Part shown: piece after piece, positions 18,332 through 30,888 of the stretch
How positions within the stretch are numbered: the first letter of the stretch is position 1
Layout of the letters: each line of letters starts with the position of its first letter
Source: Trichinella spiralis
Lineage: Eukaryota
DNA: 64,000 nucleotides
Direction of reading: 5' to 3'
NCBI RefSeq assembly: GCF_000181795.1
Contig: NW_003526943.1
Location: forward strand, 6,418,219 to 6,482,218
Notes under the pieces: model-generated
The model's database searches: none
Told to the model about the DNA's origin: nothing
The model's input: only the letters and a program-made list of their open reading frames with translations
Translations under genes and position numbers: made by a program

Positions 18332-19420
18332 ATGGAGATGAACTATTCCGAGTTGGTGACGGTAATGGTGGTCGGTGAGGAGGTGGTCAACGAGACCGAC
18401 ACGTCCTCTTTCATCAATGTCAACGTTCAGTGGACGGTCACCTGCTTTCTGGTGCTGATCATTGGCATCGGGGTCTTGGGCAACGTGTTGATCATAATTC
18501 TACTGTTGCACAGCGGTGTTTACCGGCTGAACGCGACCGGAGTGTTCGTTTTGAACCTCAGCTGTGCCGACTTGTTGTTCTTGATATTCTGCGTGCCATT
18601 CCAAGGGACCGTCTACGTGTTGAACCACTGGCCGTACGGATTCTGGATGTGCAAGACCACCCACTTCTTCCAGTACGTCACCATGTTCGCCAGCATCTGG
18701 CTTTTGACGGTCATGTCCGTCGACAGGTACTTTGCCCTGCGCTATCCGCTGAAAGCGGTCGCGTTCAGAACGTCCAAAATGGCAACCCGCTATTCGCTGT
18801 TCGTTTGGAGCCTCTCCTGCGTGGTATCCAGCCCCTGGGCGTTTCTCTACACCACCATCCGGCTGGCCGACGAACACGACACCACGGCAACCGCTTGCCT
18901 GGATATCTGGTCCGAGGATACGTTCTTCTTGCGCAAGTGGATGATGCTGTTCATCTTCTTCGCCAGCTTCGCCTTTCCCACGCTGGTCGTGATCGTCATG
19001 GGCTGGCTGGTGGCCACGTCACTCTGGTGGTCCGGCAAATGCGGCAACCGACAACAGCCCCAACACACCACCCTCGGCATACCGCAGAAAGCCTACTACC
19101 AGAGGAGGCGTGTCGCCTCGTTGGTGCTCGTGTTGGCGTTGGCATTGTTCCTCTGCTGGTTGCCGCACAACATTTCGCTCATCTGGATCAACTTTGGCAT
19201 AATCAAAGTCTGGGATAAGCAGTTCTTCTTGTTCAAAGTCACCGCCCACATGCTCAGCTATTTGAATTCGTGCATCAATCCGTTCATCTGCTATTCCATG
19301 TCGCGGAGCCTGCGCAAGCAACGCTCCATAGCCAGAACGGTCAGCGCGAGCAAAAAAACCACCGACAACGCCAATGACCATCGTCTCGTTGATCATAATA
19401 ATGATCTTGATCAAAACTGA
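18332..19420 (+). CDS. Class A neuropeptide GPCR, galanin/allatostatin-A receptor-like, single coding exon
   Basis: 362-aa ORF with seven hydrophobic segments: GN (TM1), NLSCADLLFLIFCVPFQ, WPYG..MCK, MSVDRY, CWLP, YLNSCINP. Confidence 0.9.
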   Translation: MEMNYSELVTVMVVGEEVVNETDTSSFINVNVQWTVTCFLVLIIGIGVLGNVLIIILLLHSGVYRLNATGVFVLNLSCADLLFLIFCVPFQGTVYVLNHWPYGFWMCKTTHFFQYVTMFASIWLLTVMSVDRYFALRYPLKAVAFRTSKMATRYSLFVWSLSCVVSSPWAFLYTTIRLADEHDTTATACLDIWSEDTFFLRKWMMLFIFFASFAFPTLVVIVMGWLVATSLWWSGKCGNRQQPQHTTLGIPQKAYYQRRRVASLVLVLALALFLCWLPHNISLIWINFGIIKVWDKQFFLFKVTAHMLSYLNSCINPFICYSMSRSLRKQRSIARTVSASKKTTDNANDHRLVDHNNDLDQN

Positions 19421-19879
19421 CACTTGTCAATTTGAGCTAAATCAACCTTAAAATTCGACAAGCAGACAATCATAATCTGTGTTTGTGTATTTTCAATTTG
19501 AATATTTTCATTTTTATGAAATTAAATAAATAATCAACTTGATAAATTCATTTTTCAGTAATTGTTATCACTTGAAGTGAACAAACTCACTTATGAATGA
19601 AAAAGCATTTAATAATCACAGTAGCACACTGCGCAGCAGTGAAACAACAGTGTTCGTAAGCAACAACAAAATATACATATTCAAACACTGACGTAGGCAA
19701 TAAGTATAAAATTTCTTAAAGTTCAAAATTACTTTACATCATACAATAAATTAATATAAAATACAAAATACAGTATTTTCCATAACACTGTCAATCATCG
19801 TATCATAAATTGCGCATGATGATAAAATGCTTCAGCTGAACTAGATGCCAATTTAGAGCAATATTATTTTCAATCTTCC

Positions 19880-21036
19880 TCAATACAAAACTGTCTTTTT
19901 CATGATATTTATAAATTCACTCAAGTCAACAACGCCATCGTGATTCAAATCTGCTTCGTCGATCATTTCCTGCAACAATAAACATGAATCCATAAAATAC
20001 AATAATGATATTGATTTTATTTGAAGCTGGAATTTCCATTAAAAATCAAAATTAAGTAATTCATTAAGTGCTCGAATAAAATTTACAATTCTAACGCTTA
20101 AATCAATAAACTCAATTTAAAAACTGAAAAGGCCAAATACACGTATTTGTTGACTAAATTAAGTTGCACTGGCTTCAAATTTATGAAGCGGTTCACCTAT
20201 AAAGCAAAACTTTAGTTTCAAACTTTAGCTTTAGTTATGAAGCTTTTTCAAAGTTCATAACTGCCTACTATTTCAAATCATTTGCAATGAAAATAATTAA
20301 CAATAACATTATTAATTGAATTAATAAATTGCTCACTTTTAGCTCGCTTTCAGACATCGTTTCGCCGAGTTTCTTTGCCATTCGTTTCAGATCACTCAAG
20401 CATATACCCCTGGGGTCGTCACCAACAAATAAACTGTAAGCTTTGACCATCTGCTTTTCGCCGCCAGTATCAATCATTTTTTCAGTAACCATATCCATAA
20501 ATTCTTGAAGTGATATTTTGCCTTAAAATTATCATTTACAAAAAAAGAAAGAAAAACGAATGAGGAATATACAGTAGGTTACCATTTTCGGCTAGCTGTA
20601 CAGAGTGCAACATTTGCCGCACCTCAGTTGACTTCGGCTCAAACCCGAGTGCTCTTAAAGCCAACTAAAAAAACTTACATTCTGCAGTTGAATAAAATAT
20701 ACGAATTTTCAAATCAAAACCGTCAATCATATCAGTATCAATTTGCCATCAGTGTGAAAATTATTGTAAACAGCCTTCTGTAATATATAGTTCGTTAACC
20801 TATTTCTCATAATAATAAATACTTTGGCAAACAGTAAGCTTGGAATACAGAATGAAGTACATGCAAACCGGATCACCAGAACAATTACAATTATTAAAAA
20901 TCAGATATACTTTCAAATTGGAAGATCGAATTCTGCCAGTTTCATCTGGGCAACAAGACTGGAACGCCTGTTTCACTTCTTGCTTTTGTTCTTCATTCAA
21001 TTCTTCCTTGTCAACTGCAGCTAATTTTCTCTTCAT
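19880..21036 (-). CDS. Centrin (caltractin); exons 21036-20911, 20664-20582, 20522-20338, 19970-19880
   Basis: ELNEEQKQEVKQAF, ALRALGFEPK, LKRMAKKLGETMSESEL, EMIDEADLNHDGVVDLSEFINIMKKTVLY* (centrin-type C-terminus). Confidence 0.9.
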
Positions 21037-22099
21037 GGCTATTTTGTCGATTGCAAAAATTTGAAAAATTGCCTTTGAAAAAAAATATCCAAGTAAACAT
21101 TGGAACGTGAAACATCAACTGCATCGTGATAATCGTTTGCAATTTGCAATCGATTACCATTTCAAATGAGCAATTGTTTATGTACAACTAACTATACAAA
21201 TCAAGGAAAGATTGATACTTTTATTCTCAAAACAACATGTAAAGAATGCTAAAAGCGGCAAATTTAAATGCAACACATAATTAGTTTAATGGTGCGTGCA
21301 GGCACTGAAAATGTAATTTTGAAATATAAATTCTATACACGACGCCACCAACAACTAGCCAGCTATTACAGACCTGCCTGCTGGCAAAAGTGAAATTATA
21401 GATTTTAGCAGTGCAATACAGTTTAACGAATGTCAAGTTTCCTTCACTGTATCCGCTCATTCATTCTTTTGACCCAGTTATCATAAAACATATAAAAATA
21501 GAAAAAATGAATTTCAATATTTCATGCAATTATAATGCACAAAATTAATTTTTAAATCAATTTTACACTTTTTACATTTTAAGATGAAACAAATTTTACA
21601 TTCTACAGCATAATAGAATTTGATTTCAACAATACCGTATAACAAACTTTTAAATTAATAATAATTACAGTTTTGCAAAAACATTTTTCAAATTACATTT
21701 TTATTTCATGTTATAATATTTTTTTGTTACATACTAATAATTTAATTATTTCACAGATTACAAAATGAAAATAGGTTAATACTCTCACCACTGATGTTGT
21801 TTACAAGTTGAAAAATACTTGTACAGTACATTTATGGTCCTACCTTTCTTTATCTAGCACAGTAAATGTTGAAAAAAATTATATCAATAAAAAAATGCTT
21901 CATGTTGACACAACGATTTTGAGCAGTATATAAATTAAACTACAGTTTCAAACATGAACATAAATCGATGCTTTTGGAAAATTAATGAGACAACTTTTTC
22001 AAAATTTAGATACCGATTACGGTATTTTTTAATTTTAATTTCAACAAAAATTTCACATGTAAATTATACAACAGAATTAAAAAAAGAAGAATCAGAAAG

Positions 22100-25000
22100 T
22101 TAGTGTGATGTTTTCTTTGGTTGAAAACTGACAGTCGCATTGACAAAACAGCCGTAAGCGCACACCATTTGAACAGAACAATAACCTATAACCAAATGAT
22201 TTTATTAAAATTGTTGTTTTTTTTAACTTTCAGCGTCTTGAAGAGCAATTTTCGAATCCTGAGACGACGATACTGTCGAATCTTTTGGCTAAAAACAAAT
22301 CAACTATTATCAGTAATCAGAATAACAACAATACCAGAAAAAAACAACATACAGTTATCAGTATTGTCAAAGGTACATTGCGTTGAGAATATTGTTTCAA
22401 ACTTGACGTAACAGCTTCAGAACTGGACAACAATTGAAGGCGTGGTAATGTTGAAAACCCATCAATAAGTGGTAGAACGTTCAGAATTATTTCTAATTTC
22501 GACAACCGCGTTAACTTCAACAAATCCTTAAAAAATAATTCAAATTGTTTCAAAGCTGCAAAAAGCTGTCGACCAACAACAACAACCAACATCTTGCTTA
22601 CTTTTTTCATTCCTGAAAACATGAACCTTTCCGAAGATTCAAAAGTTGCTTCAAGCTGCACTGTTTTTTCCGTAGTATTTTCAATCGTATATTTGACCAC
22701 AAACGGTCGATACATCACTCCAAAAGAAGGAACGACACAACTAACTATTACAGGACAAGATACAATATTCACGTTGCATAAGGAAAACGACGTTGAGATC
22801 ATTTCTGATGAAGATGTTTCATTCCATCTAAATATTAATCAACAACAACAACAAAAAACATAATTAATCAAATGTGAAGATGTGAAAAGCCGTGTGAAAA
22901 GCATTTTCAATTCTCCCTCCGTTTACGTTTACCTTTTCCAACAGAATGTAGCGTGGGCAATTGATACTGGTTCCATCGTCGCACCAACAGGTCTTACCGA
23001 ACATATTTCAGAAAGTGAAGTATCCGAGTCAATCACAGCTAATATTTAAATAAAATTAACCAATACAATATTTACTATTACCAGTTCTATTTACAAAGAA
23101 ACTATTTAACTAAAACTGATAAAATTAAAAAGCTACACTTGTTTACACACTTTATATAATAAAAATATATAATTTTATGCAATAGATTTTTTATTACTGC
23201 TGTAATTATTGTCACGTGGAAGCTTGCACATCGTAAACAAAACTTCTTACCATTATCAAACGTTTGATAATCTATTGGGTTATTCATATGAACCTTATCA
23301 CACTGAAATGAGAAAAGCAAACATACACCCAACTTTACGTTATATAAATCTTGCTCATCTTTCAAAAATTACCAAATGCAAAGTGCAACTGCATATTAAT
23401 GTAGGAACGGACACTCCTCGGACATGCATCCAGAGAAGAACGTCTTCCTTTACAACCAATTCATTCACACGCTGACCCTGAAAATATTTTTGCATTTCAT
23501 TAAAAATAAATAAACAAATAAACAAACATTCTTACCATCGTAGTGCACATATAACTTTCCACTACGAATGGCATAATCGAAGAAAATGATACCGTGCGAT
23601 CCAGAGTGCAATTACACGACATATCCATGTTTTCCACGTTCAACGTCACCTCGTAAGTGATCTGAAATGAAAAATAAAAAAAAATTTCACCAAATTATAA
23701 AATACCACGAACAGAAGACAAGGGTCGACCTGCATATGCATCGATACGTTGTCCACAGTTTTCTCCATTGTTATGTAAAAAACTGAACTAGCCTGAATAA
23801 AATTTTTTAAATAAAATTAAAAAATGCCAAAATAAATAAATAATAAAGTTAAATTTCAAAAAAAGGTACTTTGGAATTTGGCATGAGAGAATCCAATTCC
23901 AACGACAAAGCCGCACCGTCGCATTGCTCAATGTTGTAACCAAATTTAATGCCGTGCTGACAGCGGCTGTTTGCCGATTCGAAAACTTTCAACCTTGGGA
24001 AATTTCATATGATTAAAATAATCAGTAAACAACAATGACAACGAAAAATTGCCTACTTCAACTTGGATATGGGTGCGTTTTCCAAATTTTCAACAGTAAC
24101 CCTGTACAAATATTTCTCGCCAATGAGAACGGCAAAACCGTCGTCACAAACTATTGCAAGCTTCGGTGGTTTTGGAAGAACTCTTCAGCAAATTCAAAAT
24201 AATATTTTGCATCTTCATTTTGCTATTTTCTTACTTTATACGTTTCGGAAGTTCTACTGGCAATTTCGCCGCTTTACGGCCCAAATTGGAAACGCAAAAT
24301 CCAACCGTTGAAACTGACTGCACGTCCCACATCAAAGTGATGTACACTTTCGACGTCGACTGTCCAATATGCAGCGTGATGGACGTTGCCTGTGAATTAA
24401 AACAGAAACATTAAATCTCTGAAAACAACGACGATCAAATCGACATAGTACGTGAATTTCACCGCCGGCGTGTTCAGGCCTGGGATAGATGTGAAATTCA
24501 AACAAGTGCGTGGTGCTGGGCTGGAGAAGTGGCCGCTGTTCGACCGGCGTGTCCAGTGTCCAAGATTGGGCGGGGTCGTTTCCGGCCACGAATTGCACGC
24601 TCACTTTGGTCAACTGCAACGGCTCGGGCAGGTCGGATTTGAGCCGCAGTTGGAACGTGGTGGGCGCGGCGACCACCGCCATGCCTTCCGGCGAACAGAA
24701 GCCGCCGGTAACGGTCAAGCCGGCGTTGATGTCGCCGGCCGCGACCGGCACGAAAGTTGTCGTCGAATCGAGCAGCAGCCGTTGCCAGGCCATCAGGGCG
24801 GCGTCCGACTCCGCCCTGTCGGTCCCTTCGTCCGGCTCGGGCACTGCTCCCGAGCTGAGCGCCAGCAAGTTGCGCTGGAGTTGGACCCGACGCGCCGGTT
24901 CCCCAACGCCGTACTCGACGTTCAACAGTTCCAACACCAGCGCCACGTATTCCTTGGGTCGGGCTAGGGCGTGGGCGCAGCGCAGCGCCGGCGCCAGGCA

Positions 25001-27067
25001 AGCGCCGACCAGCGAGGTCCACCTTGCCCGGCGCAACGGCCCCAGCGCCTGCAGAAACGCTTGCAGTGCTTGTTCCAGCCGGCCCTGCCGGACGTACTGC
25101 ATGCCCAGACGAACGAGCAAGCAGTGGCGACTTCTCACTGAGCGGGGATAATTTTTGAAATGCGTCATCGCGTTGCACAACAAACCCACTGCCGCCGACG
25201 AATGGTCGAACCGACCTTCCGAATCTATCGCGCTGGACAATGACCAGTCCGTTCTCTGACCACAATAACCAACCACTGTTGTTGTTGCTGTTGAGATTTG
25301 CTCTTCCGCTTCTCCTACCCTTCTCGTTTCATTTTCTCCGTCTTTAGACGACAATTCAAACTCATGCTGACGTCGGATCATATAATCGGCAGCCGTTTGA
25401 TAATAAAAGCCCGGATGCTCTGCTGAACTTGTCGTCAAACCACTCTGCACCGCTGCGTCGAACAGTTCAGCAAAAAATGAATATCTTGAAACACAACAAT
25501 TACACTGGATAAACAAACAAACAAACAAACAAATATATTACTGCTTTGATAACCAAGCGGAATGCTCAAATTCCGCTTCCAATTTGCTGGTTTTATTTCG
25601 AAAATATTCAATATGCTTTTGAAAGTGAGACATGCTTTCCGAAGATGCGTTATGCTTGAAATATAATCGACAAATCTGAAATTAAATAAGATCAATTGCC
25701 TTTTTTACTATTCACTTATTGAAACTTCCTCACTTTAGTACTGTGGCAATCATTAGAAAAAATACATACCTTGTATGTTAAATACCCGCCAATAACCTTC
25801 AATTCAGTGACGGCTGCGTCAACAGGCTCTATTTCAAGCAACATTTGGTATGCTTGTTTATAATACCTGAAATAAATCACTCAATCCATGTATAATTTCA
25901 AGAAAAAAACAAAAATTATAAATACTTTAAAGCAGAATGTGCATCTTGTCGAAGTTCACTGAAGAAACCTTGCTTGAATGAATATCGCACATACAAACGC
26001 TAAAACAATTATCGTCAGTATAATTTGCCGAAACTTAATTAAAATCAACACACCTGAGATACTGTTCTACTGAGAGCTTCTTTTTTCGACTTTAATAATT
26101 TCAACTCATTTTGATAATAATTCTGCGCTAAATCATAGAATGCGAATTCTAATCTATAAAAATTATCGCACTAGATGTATTTTGTACTGTTACGAATCTA
26201 AACACAATTTCGTTCACATCTATTCAAAATTTTAACATACTAACCTAACCACGTAACCGAATAAATGTTCACTTTGGGGTAAAATGAACAGCAACTTTGA
26301 AGACAATTCACAGGATGAACAAAGTTCAGCTGCTTTTTGCGTAGCAAGCTCATCTATAAAGCAAATCACATTCGAACCAAATAAATTCTAACCATGATGT
26401 GATAATTTCATCAACCTGTTGGTAATGTCACGAATGACTGGACTAAAACAAGAGCCAAATATGGATTACGGCCATAAAAGCTATGCCTGTAACAGATTCT
26501 TTCTTAAATACATAAAAGGAAACATGAGCAAAAAAATCGTAAAGCTAAAAAAATACAACTGCCCAACCCTAATAAAGTATATCATACTAATAACATTTTA
26601 AAAAATTATTAACATTTATAAAGCAGTGATTTCTTAAGAACCTAATTGACTGAATTTTTGATGCGCATTCAGAAAGTTTTTCATTCCAAAACGGACTATT
26701 CCAATCAAGATCGACAAACAGTACAAGAACGGCAGGAACTCGATGAAGATGCTTTGCCATCCAATCGATTTTCAATATTCCTTTTACAGCTGCTTCTTGG
26801 CTAGGCTCCTTAAAAATATTACCTTGCCAAGGACATTTTCTATAAGAGTCTGGCAATATATAATACCTTTGTCCGCATCGTTGTTAAATCATGCGAATCA
26901 CCGCTGACTAATTGAAAGTTTAAAGGTGGACGATCCGGACGCCTATTCATTATCAGCGCTTCCCAAATATTTTTGTGAGCTAAATTGTTACGCACGTCCA
27001 AACCGAGAAGAACAATCAACTGCAACGTGGGACAACTTAATTCGGGTGGCAGTTCTGAGATATCCAT
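22100..27067 (-). CDS. TRAPPC11: Trafficking protein particle complex subunit 11 (foie gras/gryzun), multi-exon
   Basis: [90 protein letters not shown]. The 3' terminal exon is approximate. Confidence 0.88.
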
Positions 27068-27263
27068 TCCGTGAAAAAAGTGTTGCCTTGAATCAAGTTG
27101 TTTTTTAATTAATTAATAAAATTATTTTACACGCTAAAGAAACAATCGGCTAGCAACACAGCCATCATTTCAAAAAGAAACAATAACATTCTTAAATTTC
27201 AAAACATTTTATTATTTTCCATCATAGCCAAGAAATATATATTTTTCGTCTTGGCATCTTCTA

Positions 27264-27718
27264 TCAATCCAACTAAAATATATAAATGTTAAAAAAAATA
27301 AATATCAGAAAATGTTTACAAATCTTACCTTTTTGAATCCTATATCAGCTGCATATTCTCGAAAGCATCGACGACACATGTGAAGATTGTACTTTCGAAT
27401 AACACCATGATGTGAAGAGCACACTCGACTAAATTATGAATATTTAATCATTTTATAATTTTAAAAAACAACTAGGTGAACTGAAAAATTAAAAATCTAA
27501 TTCGTTTTTTTGGTTTCACAATATCTGTTTGAATTTAAGTACAATAACATTTTTCAATTTTTTCTAAATAACTTCCATCATTAAATAACAGTACAATTAA
27601 AATGCAATAAATCAAACTGCAATAATCTATCGAACAACATTCGTGAACTTTACCATTTTCGAGAGCCAGGACCATATTTTCTCGGATGAGAATAAGTCAA
27701 TTTATTGTTCAGAACCAT
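27264..27718 (-). CDS. RPS29: 40S ribosomal protein S29 (uS14); exons 27718-27654, 27428-27329, 27272-27264
   Basis: Hand-spliced: [57 protein letters not shown], with the C-x2-C...C-x2-C zinc finger and canonical GT-AG introns. Confidence 0.95.
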
Positions 27719-28266
27719 CTTTTCGATGCAACGAAATTAGTCAGCAGTAAATCTGAATAATAGAAATAATACAAAACCAATAATCAATATTTAATGTTTA
27801 AAACAAAACAGATATCTATAAAAAACACTTAAGCTAAACATAAAAATCAAAATTCGTTAGGATACGGTAGTGACTCATCGGTAATTTAGTTTTCAAGTAG
27901 CAATGCTACAGTAATAGAAATAGTCTACACTTTCCGAAATGTTGAATATTAAAAATTGATCATAAATTACCTTATTTTTGTTAATATATAAAAATGATGT
28001 TAAATTTTATATTAAAAAGATAAATAATTTCTCTTAATTCTAAATTAAATCAGTGAAATTTAAATCAATTTTTAAATCAAAATTTAATTAATAAATTTAC
28101 ATTAAGCAGTAAATTGCTTTATTAATTAACTTGAATAAATAATTAAACTTTATTTTCAATTTTCAATAATTATTAATAAACCAAGAATGATTATACTGTA
28201 ATATTTTACTAAAATTTCGATTACTGTATTGTGTATTTTAATTGAATATTTTTCATAAAATTTTTA

Positions 28267-30574
28267 ATGTTTAATGGAATTATTATATTTATTATTCCTG
28301 TAAATGTACTTTCCTCGAGAATGCAAGTTTTAAATAGAAATATTGAAAAATATAATGGAATAGTTGCTAAAGAGCTGGACAGAAAAGTGTCTACAGTTTT
28401 GCTTGACGATGATGTGCTTAAATTGAACAACTTCTGGAAGAAGAGAGTTCAATTCAGTAGAGCGAAACTTTTAAAGCTTTCATGGTTAAGTGAGTGTATT
28501 AAACGGGGTACTTTTGTGGACGAAGAACCGTTCATTTTGAAGCTTGTCGAGGAACCTAGTTTATTGAATCATACTGAATGTTCATCAAATGCAGCCGATT
28601 TGTCCCAAAATAAAGAGGTTCGGATATTTTAATTCTAAACTGTTGCATAGCATTTTAAATGAGTTCATTTGAAAAAATTCACATATTTTTTGAATATTTT
28701 TATTTGTTTTCTAAATCAATGAATTATAACTTTTTTATAAGAGTTCGATAAATTAGGCTTGAAGAAAAAAACATTTATCTATTTTTATTTCACTTTTCTA
28801 AAAAGTGTGATTTATTTTAGCTAAGCGTCAAGCCCAGTGTTTCATCTTGTGATGAATGGAAAACTTCACGCTTTAAAAATGAAATAATTCATCAGTTAGA
28901 AGTATGTTGCTTAAATTACTGTTTGTGAAATGTGAAATCTTTTAAGTAAAAAAGAAGGGATTTAGTCTCTTCGTGATAGCTATAAAAGCATGAACGAATC
29001 ATGGAGAGCGCTGGCATATGATAAAGCAATATCATCTATTAAACAGTGCAAAGAGCCGATCACTTCTAAAGAAGTAAGTAAATTTTGAATTTTTTGATTG
29101 ATATTTGTTTGACTGATGAACAATTTCTTTTATTTTGGGAATTTCAGATGTTAAGTGAACTTCCAGGTATTGGAAAAAAGATTGCTGCTAAAATTTGGGA
29201 ATTACATGAAGAAGGCGAAATTGAAAAAGTGAGCGAATTTGCATCCAACGAAAAAATACAGGTGCTAAAATTATTCAATACGGTATGGGGAGTTGGTCCG
29301 CGCACTGCTGAAAAGTGGTACCTGCAAGTAAGTGATGCTTTTTGTTTTTAAATATTAATTTTTTGTGTGTATTTTTTAAATTGCTCATTTTAAAATGCAG
29401 CTCAAAGTGTTCATTTGAAAGATTTATGAAAAAATTTTTTAGGGCTTGCGAACGATAGAGGATGTTCAACGCAACGTAGCATTAACAGGTCAGGAGCACA
29501 TTGGATTCAAGTACAGAGAAGAAATTTTGTTAAAAATTCCCCGTCCAGAAGTAGAAGAAATTGCCAAAATGGTAAGTTTTACATTTTTACATTTTGTTTT
29601 CTGTTGTTATATTACTTTTTAAATATTCCTCTTTGCAGGTGATTGATGCTGCATATAAAATAAATAATAATTTTGTTTGTGACATTTGTGGCTCTTATCG
29701 TCGTGGTGAAGAGGAATGTGGTGATGTGGATATTTTAATAACACATCCTGATGGCAAATCTTATTTAAATATTGTTTACCAATTAGTCACTGTGTTGAAG
29801 GATTCCGGTAAGTTGTAATTGTTTGTTTGCCATTCACAGGTTCATCATTTTTATATCTTTTTAGGATTCTTAACAGACAGTCTGACTGATATTAATTGGA
29901 ATTCATCAAAATACATGGGTGTTTGCCAACTGAAGTCCGGCAGTAACCTTGTATATTGTTGTCCTTGTTTTTTTTAATATTATTTGAGCAGTTTTTATAA
30001 AGTTGGTAATGAGCAATTAAATTTAAATTTAGTTTTTTTCAGGTTTTTGTTATTTTCAATAATTAACAGTATATGTGAAATTTTGGTTTATTGTATTATT
30101 ATGTATTTATTTATTTATTTATTTATTTTAGCATCGTCGTATCGATATTATAGCTGTTCCTCCAGCTGAGTATGCAACTGCTTTATTGTATTTAACTGGG
30201 AGTGCTGAATTTGTTCGTGGAGTGTATGGAAAAGCAAAATCCATGCAAATGAAGTTGAACCAACACGGATTGTGGATTAATGTGAACAGAGCGGTATTTT
30301 TTTTTCAATATTTTATTTTTATAAATGTATGCATATTTTATTGAAAATCAGTGAATCATTAAGATTTAAATATGTAAGTCTTGGTAAAAGTGAATAAAAC
30401 ATTGCGTTAATTAAATATGAATAAAATTAATGCATAAATTTTGTTTTGAAGAACGGAAGAGTGATTGACAGAGGCAAGCGTATGGCAGTTAATTCAGAAC
30501 ATGACATATTTCAAATTCTAAATATTGAATATCGAGCTCCCTCGGAAAGAAGAATTTTTCCAAACTCCCCTTAA
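28267..30574 (+). CDS. POLL: X-family DNA polymerase, lambda-like (BRCT + 8-kDa lyase + polymerase domains)
   Basis: BRCT WLSECI, WRALAYDKAI, HhH LPGIGKKIAAKI, VWGVGPRTA, KIPRPEV, CGSYRRG...GDVDILITHPDG, KYMGVCQL, HRRIDI, YLTGS, EYRAPSER. Confidence 0.9.
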
Positions 30575-30888
30575 ATCATGAGCATTAAAAGCAAAGACGA
30601 TAAAAATCAATATATGCAAAATTTGTTCAAAGTTTATTTCTGTGTTCATTTTTGAGCTCATTGTTAGTGCTTGTTATTTATGTGAAAATTATTTTAATGC
30701 TGTCTTACTTGTCAATGTTACTGTCATCAATTAAAAGTTACAATATTTCTATGATATGCCTTGTTGTGGAATATATGCTTTTCTTTAGCAGTGTTCTATT
30801 GCATTCGATATCGTTTTTATAAACATAAATAATAGCTTACAATTAGTTAATCAAACGAAAATACTGAATTGCAGATTTTGAAAGGTTC

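Noticed and set aside
18430..19423. 262-aa alternate-frame ORF and antisense ORFs over the GPCR
   Set aside because: Explained by high GC3 in the receptor frame
24452..25265. Several long overlapping ORFs in alternative frames and strands
   Set aside because: Shadow ORFs caused by stop-codon scarcity in the GC-rich TRAPPC11 exon; no motifs
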